DNA of 64,000 nt from Azolla caroliniana (Eukaryota; Plantae; Polypodiophyta), in the NCBI GenBank assembly GCA_043228905.1, contig JBHGNT010000114.1:15760-79759 (forward strand), written 5' to 3'. Below are positions 13,011-24,999 of the stretch, piece after piece. Under the pieces are notes generated by a model. The model was not told where the DNA came from, ran no database searches, and worked only from the letters and a program-made list of their open reading frames with translations. How positions within the stretch are numbered: the stretch's first letter is position 1; the number at the start of each line of letters is the position of its first letter. Made by a program: the position numbers and the translations under genes.

Positions 13011-13429
13011 TCTTTTTGAGGAGTCATCTGTGCAAGGTGGCGGAAATAGTGATCGGCATCGTAGGTGGATGAAACTCGTGGGTAGTGGGTGATGTTTGCT
13101 GGCTATGGCGGGCGTGAGATCTGTGGTATGATGGGGAGTAAGGTGAGTGAGGAGGGTGATGAAAGCGAGGAGGGTTAAGGGCTGAAGATTGTTTTCAGTA
13201 ATGTGCAGAAAACCTTCTATTTTCTTCTTTTTGTGGTCTAGGGTTCATTGGCCTATGTGCCATCGTGGTGCCGCGTGTTCTTGCTCTAGAAGTTTGTGCA
13301 TACATCAAGTCCTTTTAATAGCTTCACTATCTTCCCTTTTTTTTTTCTCCCTTGTAACGGTTAATACAATACTATTGTTACATTATAATACAGGTGGGTC
13401 CCTTTAATTAATCCGCGGATTCTTCGGCT

Positions 13430-16400
13430 GTGTCTTTTATGGCGGGGAACGGGTTTGGTGGCACAGGTCCTAAGTAGGGTTTCAATCAAAGCCTATTCAC
13501 CTTTTGTCGTAACAGTTCTCCGGCCAGAGTGCCTAATTGAAACGTGTCGTTTTCCACGCCAACTATCAACTACGGCCTTGTCCAGCGGAATCTTAATTTA
13601 CTTGGCATTTGCCCCATCCGTGTTTGAAAGACCAAGACTGCTTTGCCGACTACAAAATCTTTTTCACGCGCATTTCAATGTCGATCCACGAATGCTTTAC
13701 GCCAACGCTGCTCTTGTTCCAGTATGGCCATGCTGCGTAACCGTGTCTCGCCTAGTTCGAGTAGTTGTTGTAGCAGTATTTGTTCGGACTTGTCTTTTAA
13801 TAGCTGGTGTCGTACCTGAATCCGCAGACTAGGTACCTGAAATTTGATTGGCATTATGGCCTCCAGCCCAAATGCTAGCCGGAAAGGCGTGGATTGTATG
13901 CTAGTCTTATAGCTGGTGCGGTACGCCCATAACGCACTGTGTAATTTGGTATCCCAGTCTGTTTTGTTCTCATTGACGATCTTTTTTAGTATGGTTTGTA
14001 ATGTTTTGTTCGTGGATTCCGCTAAACCATTCGCCTGTGGATAATACGGCATGCTCTTGTTGTGGACAACGACATAGTGTTGTCTCAGTTCCCGGATGAC
14101 CGAATTCAGAAAGTGGCTTCCTTGGTCGCTGATGAGCTCGATAGGGCAACCAAAACGACACCAGATGTTTTCGTAAAGAAATTTCGCCATCACTGCCGCA
14201 GTATTTTCTTGTAGTGCTTTTGCTTCCACCCAGTTGGTGCAATAATCAGTAGGCACCAGTATATATATTTATTGCTAGTGCGCGCTGCCACCGGTGTAAA
14301 TGGCCCCATGAAATCGAGTCCCCATTTCTGGACTGGATCCAACGACAACACTAGTTGATGTGGCATCCTTGCGACCTCCGTGGGCTAGCCCATCCGTTGA
14401 CACAGATCGCATTGTTTGCAATATGCATACGCATCATTTTGCGTAGTCGGCCACCATAGGCCTACTTGCCAGACTTTACGAGCCGTAACATCGCCCACGT
14501 AGTGTCCTCCTGCCGTACGACAGTGAGCTTCGCGTAAAACTGCTTCCTTCTCATCCTGGTGTGCATCGCTAGATTCCGTCACTACCTTTGTGATATAGGA
14601 TCCCTTTGACCAAACAGAAATTACGACTTCGGATGGCCAATCGTTTCTTCTCATCCGTCCTTAATTGCGGCGGTGGTAATCCTGTGGTGAGAAAGTATGA
14701 CATCTCCATCAACCAACGATCTGGAAAAGTTTTTTCCGGGTGTGTCGCTATAGTTGCAATCCGTAGGATGTCTGCATCAAGAAAGTCGTCATCATCCTTT
14801 CGCACCATTTCTCCATTATCTATCCTGCTTAAGAAATCCGCTATAGTGTGTTGCATACAAGGTCGATGTTGTATAACAAAGTCGAACTCCTAGAGCAACA
14901 ACATCCATCTAGCCAATTTTCCTGTCAATGCCTGCTTCCCCACCAAGTATAGCAATGCCTTATGGTCCACGTGAAACGTAAATTTCCACCCCAGCAGATA
15001 ATGGCGGAATTTATTGATGATGTATATCATACCCAACGCTTCTCGTTTCGTTGTGGAGTAATTATGCTCAGCCTTTGATCGCTTCCTACTGCCGTAGTAC
15101 ATTGGTCTGTACCAATTTGGCTCTGTGAGCTACATCAACGCACTACCTCTTGCTATATCTGAGGCGTCCACAAAAACGTGGAATGGTTTCCCCCAATTTG
15201 GTGGTTGTACGATTGGTGCTTGAGTCAGCATTATTTTAAGCACGTTGTATGCATTTTCTTTAGTTTTCGTTCATTTGAAAGATGTACGGTGGATGGCGGC
15301 GTGTAAAGGCGTGGCAAAATCCGTCAAATATCGTAACATACGTCTATGCTAGCGTATTTGTCACAAGAAACGGCTGAGTGCTTTGGTAGTTGTCAACATG
15401 TCTGCTTTAATGATCGCGGAAATTTTATTAGGATCCACCGCTATCCCCTCCTTGCTAACGATGTGGCCAAGGAGGGCTCCGCTTGTAACGACGAACGCGC
15501 ATTTGGCTGGATTCAGGCTTAGGCGTGAAGCCTGACAACGCTCCAGACACAGTCGTAAATGACTAAGATGGTCGGATGTTGTCCCATACATTGCGAAATC
15601 GTCCAGAAAAACTTGCATGAAGGCAGGTATATTCCCCAAAAAATTCCGTAATTGTCCGTTGGAATGTAGCAGGCATCGTTTTTAACTCGAACATCATGAC
15701 TACCGCGACATAAACTCCCCAGTCAGTGACAAACACCATCTTCTCTTGGTCGTCAAGATGCTTGCGTACTTGATTGTATCTAGTAAAGCTATCTAGAAAA
15801 CTGTACATGTCATGCCGTGCAACTGCGTCCAATACGCTATCAGTGAAAGGTAAAGGGAACGCATCTGTGATGGTTATGGTGTTCAATTTCCGATAGTGTA
15901 CGTTGTTGCAGCCTCGTCAAAAACTGATACAATTATGTTGCCATCTCTGTTTGATGTTAGCCGAATGAAGCCAAGGTCTGCCAAGTAGTATTGGGTACAC
16001 TCCCGGAGCGTCGAGTGCAAGTACTACCGCCGAAATGTCAAAGCAGTGACCGCCAATGACGATGCCTAGTTTTCAGATTAAACCTAAGGGCCTGACAGAT
16101 CGGGTATCCGCCATGCGAAGCCAAAAGGGTAAACTTCCCATTCCGAAATTCCTAACTGTTCACACTTCTTTGCACTAATCACATTAACGCTAGACCCCCC
16201 ATCGATTATACAGCCTGTTATTTCCTGCCCGTGTAGTACTAGCTTAATGGCTGAATTGTGGTGATCCACCACTATTGGTCCGACGCTCGTTTCGACAAAA
16301 TTTGTTTAGACATTTATACTAGGCCTGACCGTTATGCGATCTTCTACGGCCTACCGAAATCATGGAACTAGTTGAAGGAGTTTTTCCATGGTCATGGTTA

Positions 16401-17293
16401 TTTCGCAGCTTGCCAGTGCTTGCCATATGGGGTCCAGGGATATTATGTTTTCTTCTATCGGCCCAACATTGTTTGTGGACTCCTGTCGCATACACATCGT
16501 ATTGGTCGCATTTGCTTTTTTCTACCCATGCTTGGGCCTATTTGCGTACCTCATCTTGTGTAGCCCAGTTTGCATTTTTTGTTTGTTGTGGTGTCGTGAC
16601 CTGCTGAACTTCTGTCGTAATCGTATTTACGGCTGGTCCTTTGCCCTTATGCAGTGGACATTGAGTTGCGTAATGTCCAGGCTACTGGCAGACAAAACAA
16701 TGTACACTAGACTCTCCTTTCTCTGCAACTGGCGGTGTATTCCTATCCCCAAGTGTCGCTTGCTCCTCCTGGTCTTGCTGCATTCTCCTGGAATTCCGGG
16801 GTGTTTGCGGTTGGTCCATGCGTGACTCCTGGCATTGGTCATCCTCCGAACTTTCGTCATAACGCCATTGGTCCCTATACTGTCGATGTTTTCCTTGTGA
16901 GCGAGGCCCATTGAATCCACAACGCTTGTTCGTCGAACAGTGGTTGTAGTAACGACGCCCTCCTTTATTATACCGGTGGTTGCCCGAATATTCTTCGTCC
17001 TCCGGCTCCTCTTCATAGGAATTGTTGTTATTCCGGCGATTATGGTAGTGTCGGTCGTCGCGTGGATTTCGATCTGTATATCGGGGTCGTTCCTCTTGGT
17101 GCCTTTGATCATTTCGGCGAGTTGGTTGCTGTGGTTCTACGCGTCATACTATGGGCGTAGGTCTGTTCATCATATTGTATTCACATTGCTCGATTGTGTG
17201 TGCCTTTGAGTGACAAATTGGGCAGGGAATTCACATATTGCATTCCACCGCGGAATGCCCGGAATTGAGGCAAATCGTGCACTGAATAGCTTG
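13430..17293 (-). pseudogene. Gypsy gag C-terminus and pol remnants
   Basis: Zn knuckles CTICLNSGHSAVEC and CPICHSKAHTIEQC, protease IIDGGSSVNVI, RT VFLDDF, RNase H NYSTTKREALG, integrase ISDQGSHF..NGLAESTN. Confidence 0.92.
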
Positions 17294-17297
17294 ACGT

Positions 17298-17989
17298 TGT
17301 CGTGCCTTTGGGCTCCGGATCGTTGCGTGAGTCGGGTGGGAACCGCCGAGGTTTTGGACTAGGAGGAAGAGGAATACAACTTAAGGGTAGTTATGAATAG
17401 TAGAAAGAGAAGTAAGATAGCAATCTCATGAATCCCACGAGTTTAGTGTATTTAAAACAATATTTAGATTATAAGAGTAATTTAGATGGCAAAATTCGTG
17501 GATCCCTCGAATATATTAGATTGATCAATCCTTGTATATTAATCAACAACCTTATACATATTTCTCTCCTCCTTATATAAAGATGGAAGAGGCTAAGCAT
17601 GGCTTCATGCTTTTTCACCAAAAGTGTCCATGCACACTAAATGTGCATGTGATGCTTTGTCATTTCCTAAATATAGGGCTCATGCACGCTAGATGTGCAT
17701 GAGTCACTTTTAATGTCACGTGTAAATAAAATATTCACACCCTAAAGAATACATGATTTTTACCTTTTAATAAAGGTATGTGTAAATAAAGGTCTTATAC
17801 GTATTAAATCTATATGTATAACACTAAAGATAAGTTATTACAATGGTAAAGTTGAGGTTTATCTACGTGGAGGTGCAAGGTTTGAATCCTGCCCTATGCA
17901 CGTGATATATTATTTATTTATTTATATGTATCTAAAATCGGATATATTATTCTATGGTTTTCACGTAGTTTGTGGAATACACTACGACA
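17298..17989 (-). repeat. 3' LTR of Trp-primed Gypsy
   Basis: TGTCGTGCC...ACGACA, near-identical to 23665-24356. Confidence 0.97.
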
Positions 17990-20900
17990 CTCGCCCCCTT
18001 CGAACCCGCACATCCTCCGGTATGTGCCGAAGTTCTCGATTCCTCATATCTGTCTTCACCCAAAGCTTCCTCCGATTCTCCCCTTATGTCGACTATGAGT
18101 TGCAATTCACTTTCTTCACTTCCCGCATCACCGTGGTCTTCGTCCGATTGCTCCTCGTTGTCGGCCTTGGCTTGGATCACATAAGGTTTGTTGTCGGTCC
18201 GCTTCTTGAAAATCTTCACCCGCTTCCCGGCTATAGGCACTCGTAGTATTGTTCCATCCAACTCGGACAGTCGGTACGTTCCGTTGTCGAAGACTTTCCG
18301 AACCTTGTATGGCCCGAACCACCTTTTCGCGAATTTCCGCATCGTTGTATGTTGATGGTCCAAGCTACTGTCATAGACGATCACCCAATCTCCTTCTTCA
18401 ATCCTCCTCGGTCGTAGTCGGTGCTTTGTGTCGAACCGGCTTTTGTTCCGGAATCGTGCTTCTTGTTGTTAGCGTATTGCTTCCGCTATGTCTGCCGGTC
18501 TTCCCTCTAGTTGTCGTATCCGGACCGCTAGTAGTTCTTTCCCGCTCATCTCTTCCTTCCACGGTAGCACTGTCTATGTTGCGATCGCGGTTTCCGTCGG
18601 CATTACCGGTGCTTGTCCAGTCATGAGTTCTGCCGGCATGTAACCGGTTACGGAGCTACGCGTCGTCCGATCCGCCCATAGTGCATACGGAAGCATCTGC
18701 GGCCAGTCCTTCACCTTTCCATCGCATGCCTTCGCAAGTGCTTTCACAATCGGACTATGTCCTCGTTCGATTTTCCCGTTGGCCTCCGGATTGTATGCCG
18801 TTGTCAGCGTTAACCAACCGAACTCCGTGTTTGGCGAAGAATCCCCTAGCTTTGTCCGAGTCGAGTTCTCCCCGGTCCGCAATCACTTGTCCTACGCACC
18901 CGTACCTGCAAAATACTTCCTCCAAAAGAAATTGGCATACCGCGGAACACGTTTTCCTCTGAAGCGCTCGACCTTCTACTTGATTCGTGAGATCTTCCCG
19001 AGCTAATACCAAGTATTTCTTTTGTCCGATCCCGGTCGGCATGGCCACTATGTCGACCATCCACTTGAAGTTGATTGTCGGTGAGAATGTCGGATGTAAC
19101 TCATCTCGATGTCGAACCCCGGAGTAGACTTGACATTTCTCGCAGCTTTCCGTGAACTCCGCGACATCTTTGTACATTTTCTTCCACCAATATTTTTGCT
19201 TGATCTTCACAAATGTTGCCCATGTTCCTCGGTGTCCAGCCCAATCGGATTCATCAAACTCGGACATTATCCGGTTTCGTTGCTCTTTTGTCCCGACTAC
19301 TCGAAGTGGTATACCATCCGGTCTTTTCGGCGCCCTCCATATTAATCCGTTTTCCAAGAAGAACTTTTGGACTTGCCTCTTCTTCCTTCGGATCTCGGCT
19401 CTTCTTCCTTTATCTTTTGTTGAATCCTCGGCCTCTTGTAACATCTTTCCGATCATCAAGCTTTCTCCCTCGTATTCTTCTTCCCGGAATTCTTGGATTA
19501 CGTTCACTCGGCATATGTGCTCCGACGCGAAGTAGTCTTCGGAAACTTCTTCATTATCCGATTCGGTTATGTCGTCTCCAAACCGAGCCCTTGATAACAT
19601 ATCTGCTACCACATTGTCCTTCCCCGAGATGTGTCGAACCTCCGGATTAAGCGACTTGACATATGCAACCCACCTTAGCATAGCTACATCCGGTATCGTA
19701 CAACACCGCATCATCCCGAGTATCGGAAGACAATCCGTCTCGATCACCACTTCGGCTCCGATCAAATAATCCCGATCCGATTTTATCGCCGACACGACTC
19801 CCCACAGTTCTCTTTTGACTTGTGCATATCCACGTTGCCTTTCGTTGAGAACCTTTGCTCCGAATCGGATCGGATACCGCGAACCATCCGAGTCGGCTTG
19901 ATTGATGACCCACCCGATACCGGTTGGACTTGTATCAACCGTTACTATGATCGGTCGGTCGTAGCTCGGCTTCTTAAGTGCTTCCGCCCTCCGAAGTGTC
20001 TTCTTCAATTTCTTCATGGCTTTGGTGTGTTCCGGTTTCCATTCGAATTTCTTACCTTTCCGCAACAAGTGGTAGAGCGGGTCCACTATATGTGCATAGT
20101 GCGGAATCCATATGTGATAGAATGCACATGCACCGAGAAACCTTCGGACTTCGGATGTTGACTCGCATTCTTCCTCCATAGCTTGAATCGCATCGATCTT
20201 TGTTGGTGACGGTCTTCAGCCGTAGGGCCCACATAGATGTCCGACAACCAATATTTCTTCTTGCCCGAATGCCGATTTCTCCCCGGAAAGTGTTAGGCGC
20301 ACATCTTCTAGCTTTCGCAACACTTTCTCGCAATCATGAATATGGTCGACCACGAACTTTTGGCATCCCCGATCATCCATAGTCTCATCTTTTTCTTCTA
20401 CCGCGCATCCTTTCATCGGAATGTCATCGAGGAACGGCATCGTTATCTCCGGAACGCAGTCTCGAAGCACCTTGTTCATCGTGTTCCTCATATGAGCAAC
20501 CGAGTTTGTCGCTCCTTGTGGTAGTGTGCACATTCGGACTAATCCTATCGGTGTTCGCATGGTTGTGATGTCTCGGCTCTCCACGGCTAGCTGGAATTGG
20601 TCATACCCCGAGTATAGGTCTCCGATGGAGTATATCGCGTGACCGGCAAAAGCTTCCGCAAATTCATCCACTATTGGACCGACTCCCGAGTTCCGGATCG
20701 TGACCTTATTCACCGGTTGTAAGTCTTGGATAAATCGGAGTGACCCATTGTTCTTCGGAACTGTAAACCATCGATTTGAGTACGGAGCAGTTGACGGCTC
20801 TAGAATCCCCATCGCCACCTTCTCCTTGAGCAAGTCAATGACTTTCGGAATATGCGCTCGTGGCACCGGAATCGGCTTCAGGTTCCACGGTACATGGTCA

Positions 20901-21592
20901 ATCGTGAAGATCACCATCGGCTCCACTATTCTCGGATCGACGCACCCTATCTCCCTTGATGTAAATGCAAACGCTTTGCCGTGTTGCTCCAACATCTCGC
21001 GAAACCGTTCTTCTTCTTTTTGTAATAGGAACCCACCTCCACCGATCCGAAATTTCTTCCGGGTCTCATCCGTGAAGGCATGTCCGATATCCACGGACTT
21101 CCGAAGTGTCGGATCTCCCGAGACTTCTTTCCTCTTTTGTTTGCTATCGGCGGGTAGTGGTCCCGCGGCCGGTTTCACCTTCTTCTCCACGGTCTTGTAT
21201 TTCGTACTTACCATTGCTTCTTCTTTGCGGAGCGTATCCGGCTCCATTTTCGCAATGATCTCATACATCTCGACCGATTCCACCGGGACTACCCGGTTCC
21301 CTTGGCTTTTATCTTCTGCAAGCTCTTCAAGTCGTTGTAGCGTGCTCCCATAGAACACTTCTTCGACTATCCCCACGATTTCTTCATCTTCTTTTATTAT
21401 TGATGCCGACCACAACTTATCCTCCACTTGTCGATACCCTTTCTTCAATCCTCCGGTTACGGTCGTGTACGTAGATGCCCCATCCGGACCGATTCGTACA
21501 TGTTTTGCTCCGAGAGTTTTCTTCCTGTGTGGGGTATCAGGGCTTCTCGGACTATCACTTCCCCACTCCGCAACAGTCCGCTTTAAAAATCC
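17947..21592 (-). pseudogene. Pol ORF2 (RT-RNase H-integrase), few lesions
   Basis: LPQGATNS and PFLDDI (RT), VDTSPTGIG (RH), ADRGE and NGKIERG (INT); CGA>TGA at ~20216, 4-bp GGTT duplication near 18812, TGG>TAG at ~18574. Confidence 0.92.
21529..21592 (-). promoter_or_regulatory. Predicted -1 ribosomal frameshift signal
   Basis: G GAT TTT before the ORF1 stop, 5-nt spacer, 11-bp stem, loop GTGGGG complementary to downstream CCCCAC; -1 frame is open into RT. Confidence 0.75.
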
Positions 21593-23625
21593 ATTCTCAC
21601 TTGGGACAAGAGTTCCCTCTTGTTCCTTTCGTGATTTGCCGGCACCGTTAGGAATTGGACGGATTTCCCACCGTTTTGGCTCCGAATTCGCGCAAAAGCC
21701 GCACCGCTATCGAGCACCTTCGTCTCCATCCGTGATGCCATGATAAAGGGTTGGCTGAGGATGAAGAAATGTGAAACCTCATCTTGCACGAAGAAATTTT
21801 GGTCGATCTCGACATCCCCGATCTTCACCGTCACATCCGGACAAGCCGCAAATAGATCTTCCATTGCTTTGGTGGCCGCCCAAATCTTCCATCCATGGGT
21901 GGTGTTAATAGGCCACTTCCCCTTCCGGTGGAACTCCTTCGACATCAAGTTGATCTCCGATCCGTGATCAATCAATGCTAGCATGGGTTCTTTGATGTTG
22001 CCGATTCGGACCGGAGTCTCCGTAGTCGCGCATGCCCAATGTGGCCTTGTATAGTGGGAGTTCGGAATTTCGTCCTCCACTTCGGTGTCGTTCATTAAAA
22101 CGGTGTTCGCATTCACCCTTGGAGCATTTTCCTCCGTACTTTGTCTTTTTTGCTTCACGAGATCCACGAGAAGATCATGGAACTCCTTCTTTGCTATTCC
22201 GAGTAGCTCCCGAAGCGAGAAATCTACCCGGCTATCCAAGATTCTTTCCTCGAACACTCTTTTCAAGTCGGTTTGTTGTTCTATGTCCGAGGCGAGCTTG
22301 AATGCCGGAGTCGCCTTTTCTTTTCCCTTACCTCCGGAGTTCCAGCTTTCCGGTATCTTCGATGGCCCGGCCGCATCCTCCATGCGTCGTCGTTTCTCGT
22401 CCACACACACCTCATGCAATTGACACAGGGCGTATACGCTATTCTTGTTGACAGGGCACTCCCATCCCATAGCTTCCTGGACGCCTTCCGCGGTGCTTCG
22501 GATCTCGTTGGAGTCGGTTTTCTTGGTGTTTTCTAGAACTTCCGGCCAAAAAGACGTCTTTGCGCTTGATGACTCCCCGACACATATTCCCGCGGTTGTC
22601 GCATAGTTGCTTCTTGCCGCCAATTCCTCCTCGAGCACCTTCTTCATGCCGCCTTTCCGGAAGTTTGGTCGGAGTGGCTTCTGAGAGTCCATCGAATGAA
22701 TCCGGTTTCCCTCGTAGTAGATGAGATCCCGTCGTAGCGCCTCCTTATGCTCGTCACAATCCCTCCGATCGTGTTCGGCGCAATCACACCATATGCACCG
22801 TCGGTCCGTATACTTGGAGCTTGTGGGGCGGTCATCCGACTTCTTCACCATCGCGACCTTCAGATTCTCCATCTCCTTCAATAGTTGCTCCCCCGTAGAT
22901 GCATCAATCCCCTTCTCGGTTGTAGTCTCCCGAGCCCTCGGTTGATGGTCTTCCAATCCGGTTCTCGGTTTCGGAATCGGTTCTGAAACCCTCTTTTCCT
23001 CGTTGGCAAGCCATTGCCCCCTCTTCGTGTATCGTGCGACGATATCCCGCACACTTTCCCATGTTTCGGTGAGCCCACTCTCCGTGGTCGTGTCCTCCAA
23101 GAGCACTCTGAGATCTTTCTGGTCCCGGACATCCACGGCTCGCAAGAACATGATCACCTTGTCCGGTACGAGGATAGCTTGATCTCTCGCGGACAACCTC
23201 CCGAACTGGCTTTCGAATGCCGAAAACACATCAACGACCTTCAATCCCTTGTCCGGCGTCTCCACCCAATCTTCGAATCCCCTTCGCGTCGCCTTGGAGG
23301 AATCCTTGATGGCGAACGTCCTCTTTAGCTCTTCTTCAAACGCCTCCCATGTCAGATTTTGCTGTTGTAGCCCATGGATGCTTGCTTGAAGCCCGTCGGT
23401 CGCCACCCGGTTGAAGGACGTCACTTGCAGTCCTTCCGATATTCCGCACCGTAGCATCTCCGCCTTGTAGTCCTGAAGATACCGCGACACGTCTTTCCCG
23501 TTGAATTGCCCGTTTCGTTGCACGAGCCGCTCCATTGATGCCGCTATCTCCGACATCGCGCGTTGTTCTTGTAGCATGCGCTCGAACATCATCATCATGT
23601 TGCTACCCTCCGGTTGATTGTCCAT
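21583..23625 (-). CDS. Gag-protease ORF1 (680 aa)
   Basis: Open ORF just after the PBS; CIWCDCAEHDRRDC knuckle, ALIDHGSEINLM aspartic protease motif. Confidence 0.9.
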   Translation of the reverse strand: MDNQPEGSNMMMMFERMLQEQRAMSEIAASMERLVQRNGQFNGKDVSRYLQDYKAEMLRCGISEGLQVTSFNRVATDGLQASIHGLQQQNLTWEAFEEELKRTFAIKDSSKATRRGFEDWVETPDKGLKVVDVFSAFESQFGRLSARDQAILVPDKVIMFLRAVDVRDQKDLRVLLEDTTTESGLTETWESVRDIVARYTKRGQWLANEEKRVSEPIPKPRTGLEDHQPRARETTTEKGIDASTGEQLLKEMENLKVAMVKKSDDRPTSSKYTDRRCIWCDCAEHDRRDCDEHKEALRRDLIYYEGNRIHSMDSQKPLRPNFRKGGMKKVLEEELAARSNYATTAGICVGESSSAKTSFWPEVLENTKKTDSNEIRSTAEGVQEAMGWECPVNKNSVYALCQLHEVCVDEKRRRMEDAAGPSKIPESWNSGGKGKEKATPAFKLASDIEQQTDLKRVFEERILDSRVDFSLRELLGIAKKEFHDLLVDLVKQKRQSTEENAPRVNANTVLMNDTEVEDEIPNSHYTRPHWACATTETPVRIGNIKEPMLALIDHGSEINLMSKEFHRKGKWPINTTHGWKIWAATKAMEDLFAACPDVTVKIGDVEIDQNFFVQDEVSHFFILSQPFIMASRMETKVLDSGAAFARIRSQNGGKSVQFLTVPANHERNKRELLSQVRMDF

Positions 23626-23642
23626 CTCCTTGCCACCCGGTC

Positions 23643-23660
23643 TTCACGTCGGGTTCACCA
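23643..23660 (-). promoter_or_regulatory. Primer binding site, tRNA-Trp
   Basis: Plus strand TTCACGTCGGGTTCACCA matches the recalled 3' 18 nt of plant tRNA-Trp(CCA). Confidence 0.9.
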
Positions 23661-23664
23661 ACTG

Positions 23665-24356
23665 TGTCGTGCCTTTGGGCTCCGGATCGTTGCGTGAGTC
23701 GGGTGGGAACCGCCGAGGTTTTGGACTAGGAGGAAGAGGAATACAACTTAAGGGTAGTTATGAATAGTAGAAAGAGAAGTAAGATAGCAATCTCATGAAT
23801 CCCACGAGTTTAGTGTATTTAAAACAATATTTAGATTATAAGAGTAATTTAGATGGCAAAATTCGTGGATCCCTCGAATATATTAGATTGATCAATCCTT
23901 GTATATTAATCAACAACCTTATACATATTTCTCTCCTCCTTATATAAAGATGGAAGAGGCTAAGCATGGCTTCATGCTTTTTCACCAAAAGTGTCCATGC
24001 ACACTAAATGTGCATGTGATGCTTTGTCATTTCCTAAATATAGGGCTCATGCACGCTAGATGTGCATGAGTCACTTTTAATGTCACGTGTAAATAAAATA
24101 TTCACACCCTAAAGAATACATGATTTTTACCTTTTAATAAAGGTATGTGTAAATAAAGGTCTTATACGTATTAAATCTATATGTATAACACTAAAGATAA
24201 GTTATTACAATGGTAAAGTTGAGGTTTATCTACGTGGAGGTGCAAGGTTCGAATCCTGCCCTATGCACGTGATATATTATTTATTTATTTATATGTATCT
24301 AAAATCGGATATATTATTCTATGGTTTTCACGTAGTGTGTGGAATACACTACGACA
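23665..24356 (-). repeat. 5' LTR of Trp-primed Gypsy
   Basis: Near-identical to 17298-17989. Confidence 0.97.
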
Positions 24357-24487
24357 ACGTAAGTGGTGTTCCTCGTCCTAAGGCAACGCCTGTTATAACG
24401 AGGACATAGAAAATCCTTCCTCCTCGTCCAACTCAAGTTGTAACACTCGCTCAATGACCATTTCGGCTGTTTGGATTGTGGGTTCGT

Positions 24488-24505
24488 GTCCCACTAGGCG
24501 TGCCA
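24488..24505 (-). promoter_or_regulatory. Primer binding site, tRNA-Arg
   Basis: TGGCACGCCTAGTGGGAC, 4 nt from the LTR; resembles the complement of the plant tRNA-Arg(UCU) 3' end. Confidence 0.85.
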
Positions 24506-24509
24506 AACC

Positions 24510-24999
24510 TGTTACCGATTAGGAACACTCTCTACGCTCAGTCCTTCAAGGTAGACCTCAAGGTGACCGTGTTACAAGGAATGAAACCGTCCTGTCGTAA
24601 ATCGTAATGGGATACCACGTTGTATCCTGGCAGCGTATAAGGGACATGACTACAACCAAACTCCTTAGGAAGTGCACTAGTATCCGCACTTACGCTTACA
24701 CACACTTACGATTAAACATTACGCACAGAGAAACAAGGTACGCAACAGAGAAACAATGGACGGCCTCCCAAATAGCCATAGATATGCCCAAAGATAAGAG
24801 AAGATAGTATTCTATTAGAAAAACACAGCAACACTCTAAATTACACGCTACCTCTTACAGAGGATTTCTTCCCTTTATATACACAGGGCATTTAGCCGTT
24901 CACGCTTCCCCCGTGAACGGTTACATTCACTTCTTAACGCTTTACTATATTATAATTTTTTGCACATCTGTCCGTCGGTTACGATTCCGGCGAACAACA
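24510..24999 (-). repeat. 5' LTR of Arg-primed Gypsy
   Basis: Partner of 9937-10426, followed on the minus strand by the PBS. Confidence 0.95.

Larger units (their letters stand above)
17298..24356 (-). mobile_element. Young full-length Ty3/Gypsy, tRNA-Trp primed, 4-bp TSD
   Basis: 692-bp LTRs with 2 mismatches seen, TSD ACGT (17294-17297, 24357-24360), Trp PBS, PPT 17990-18001. Confidence 0.96.
9937..24999 (-). mobile_element. Non-chromovirus Ty3/Gypsy (Athila/Selgy-like, tRNA-Arg primed) with 3' accessory ORFs, decayed
   Basis: 490-bp LTR pair, TSD ATAAA (9932-9936, 25000-25004), Arg PBS, PR-RT-RH-INT order, no chromodomain or extra RNase H seen. Confidence 0.92.
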
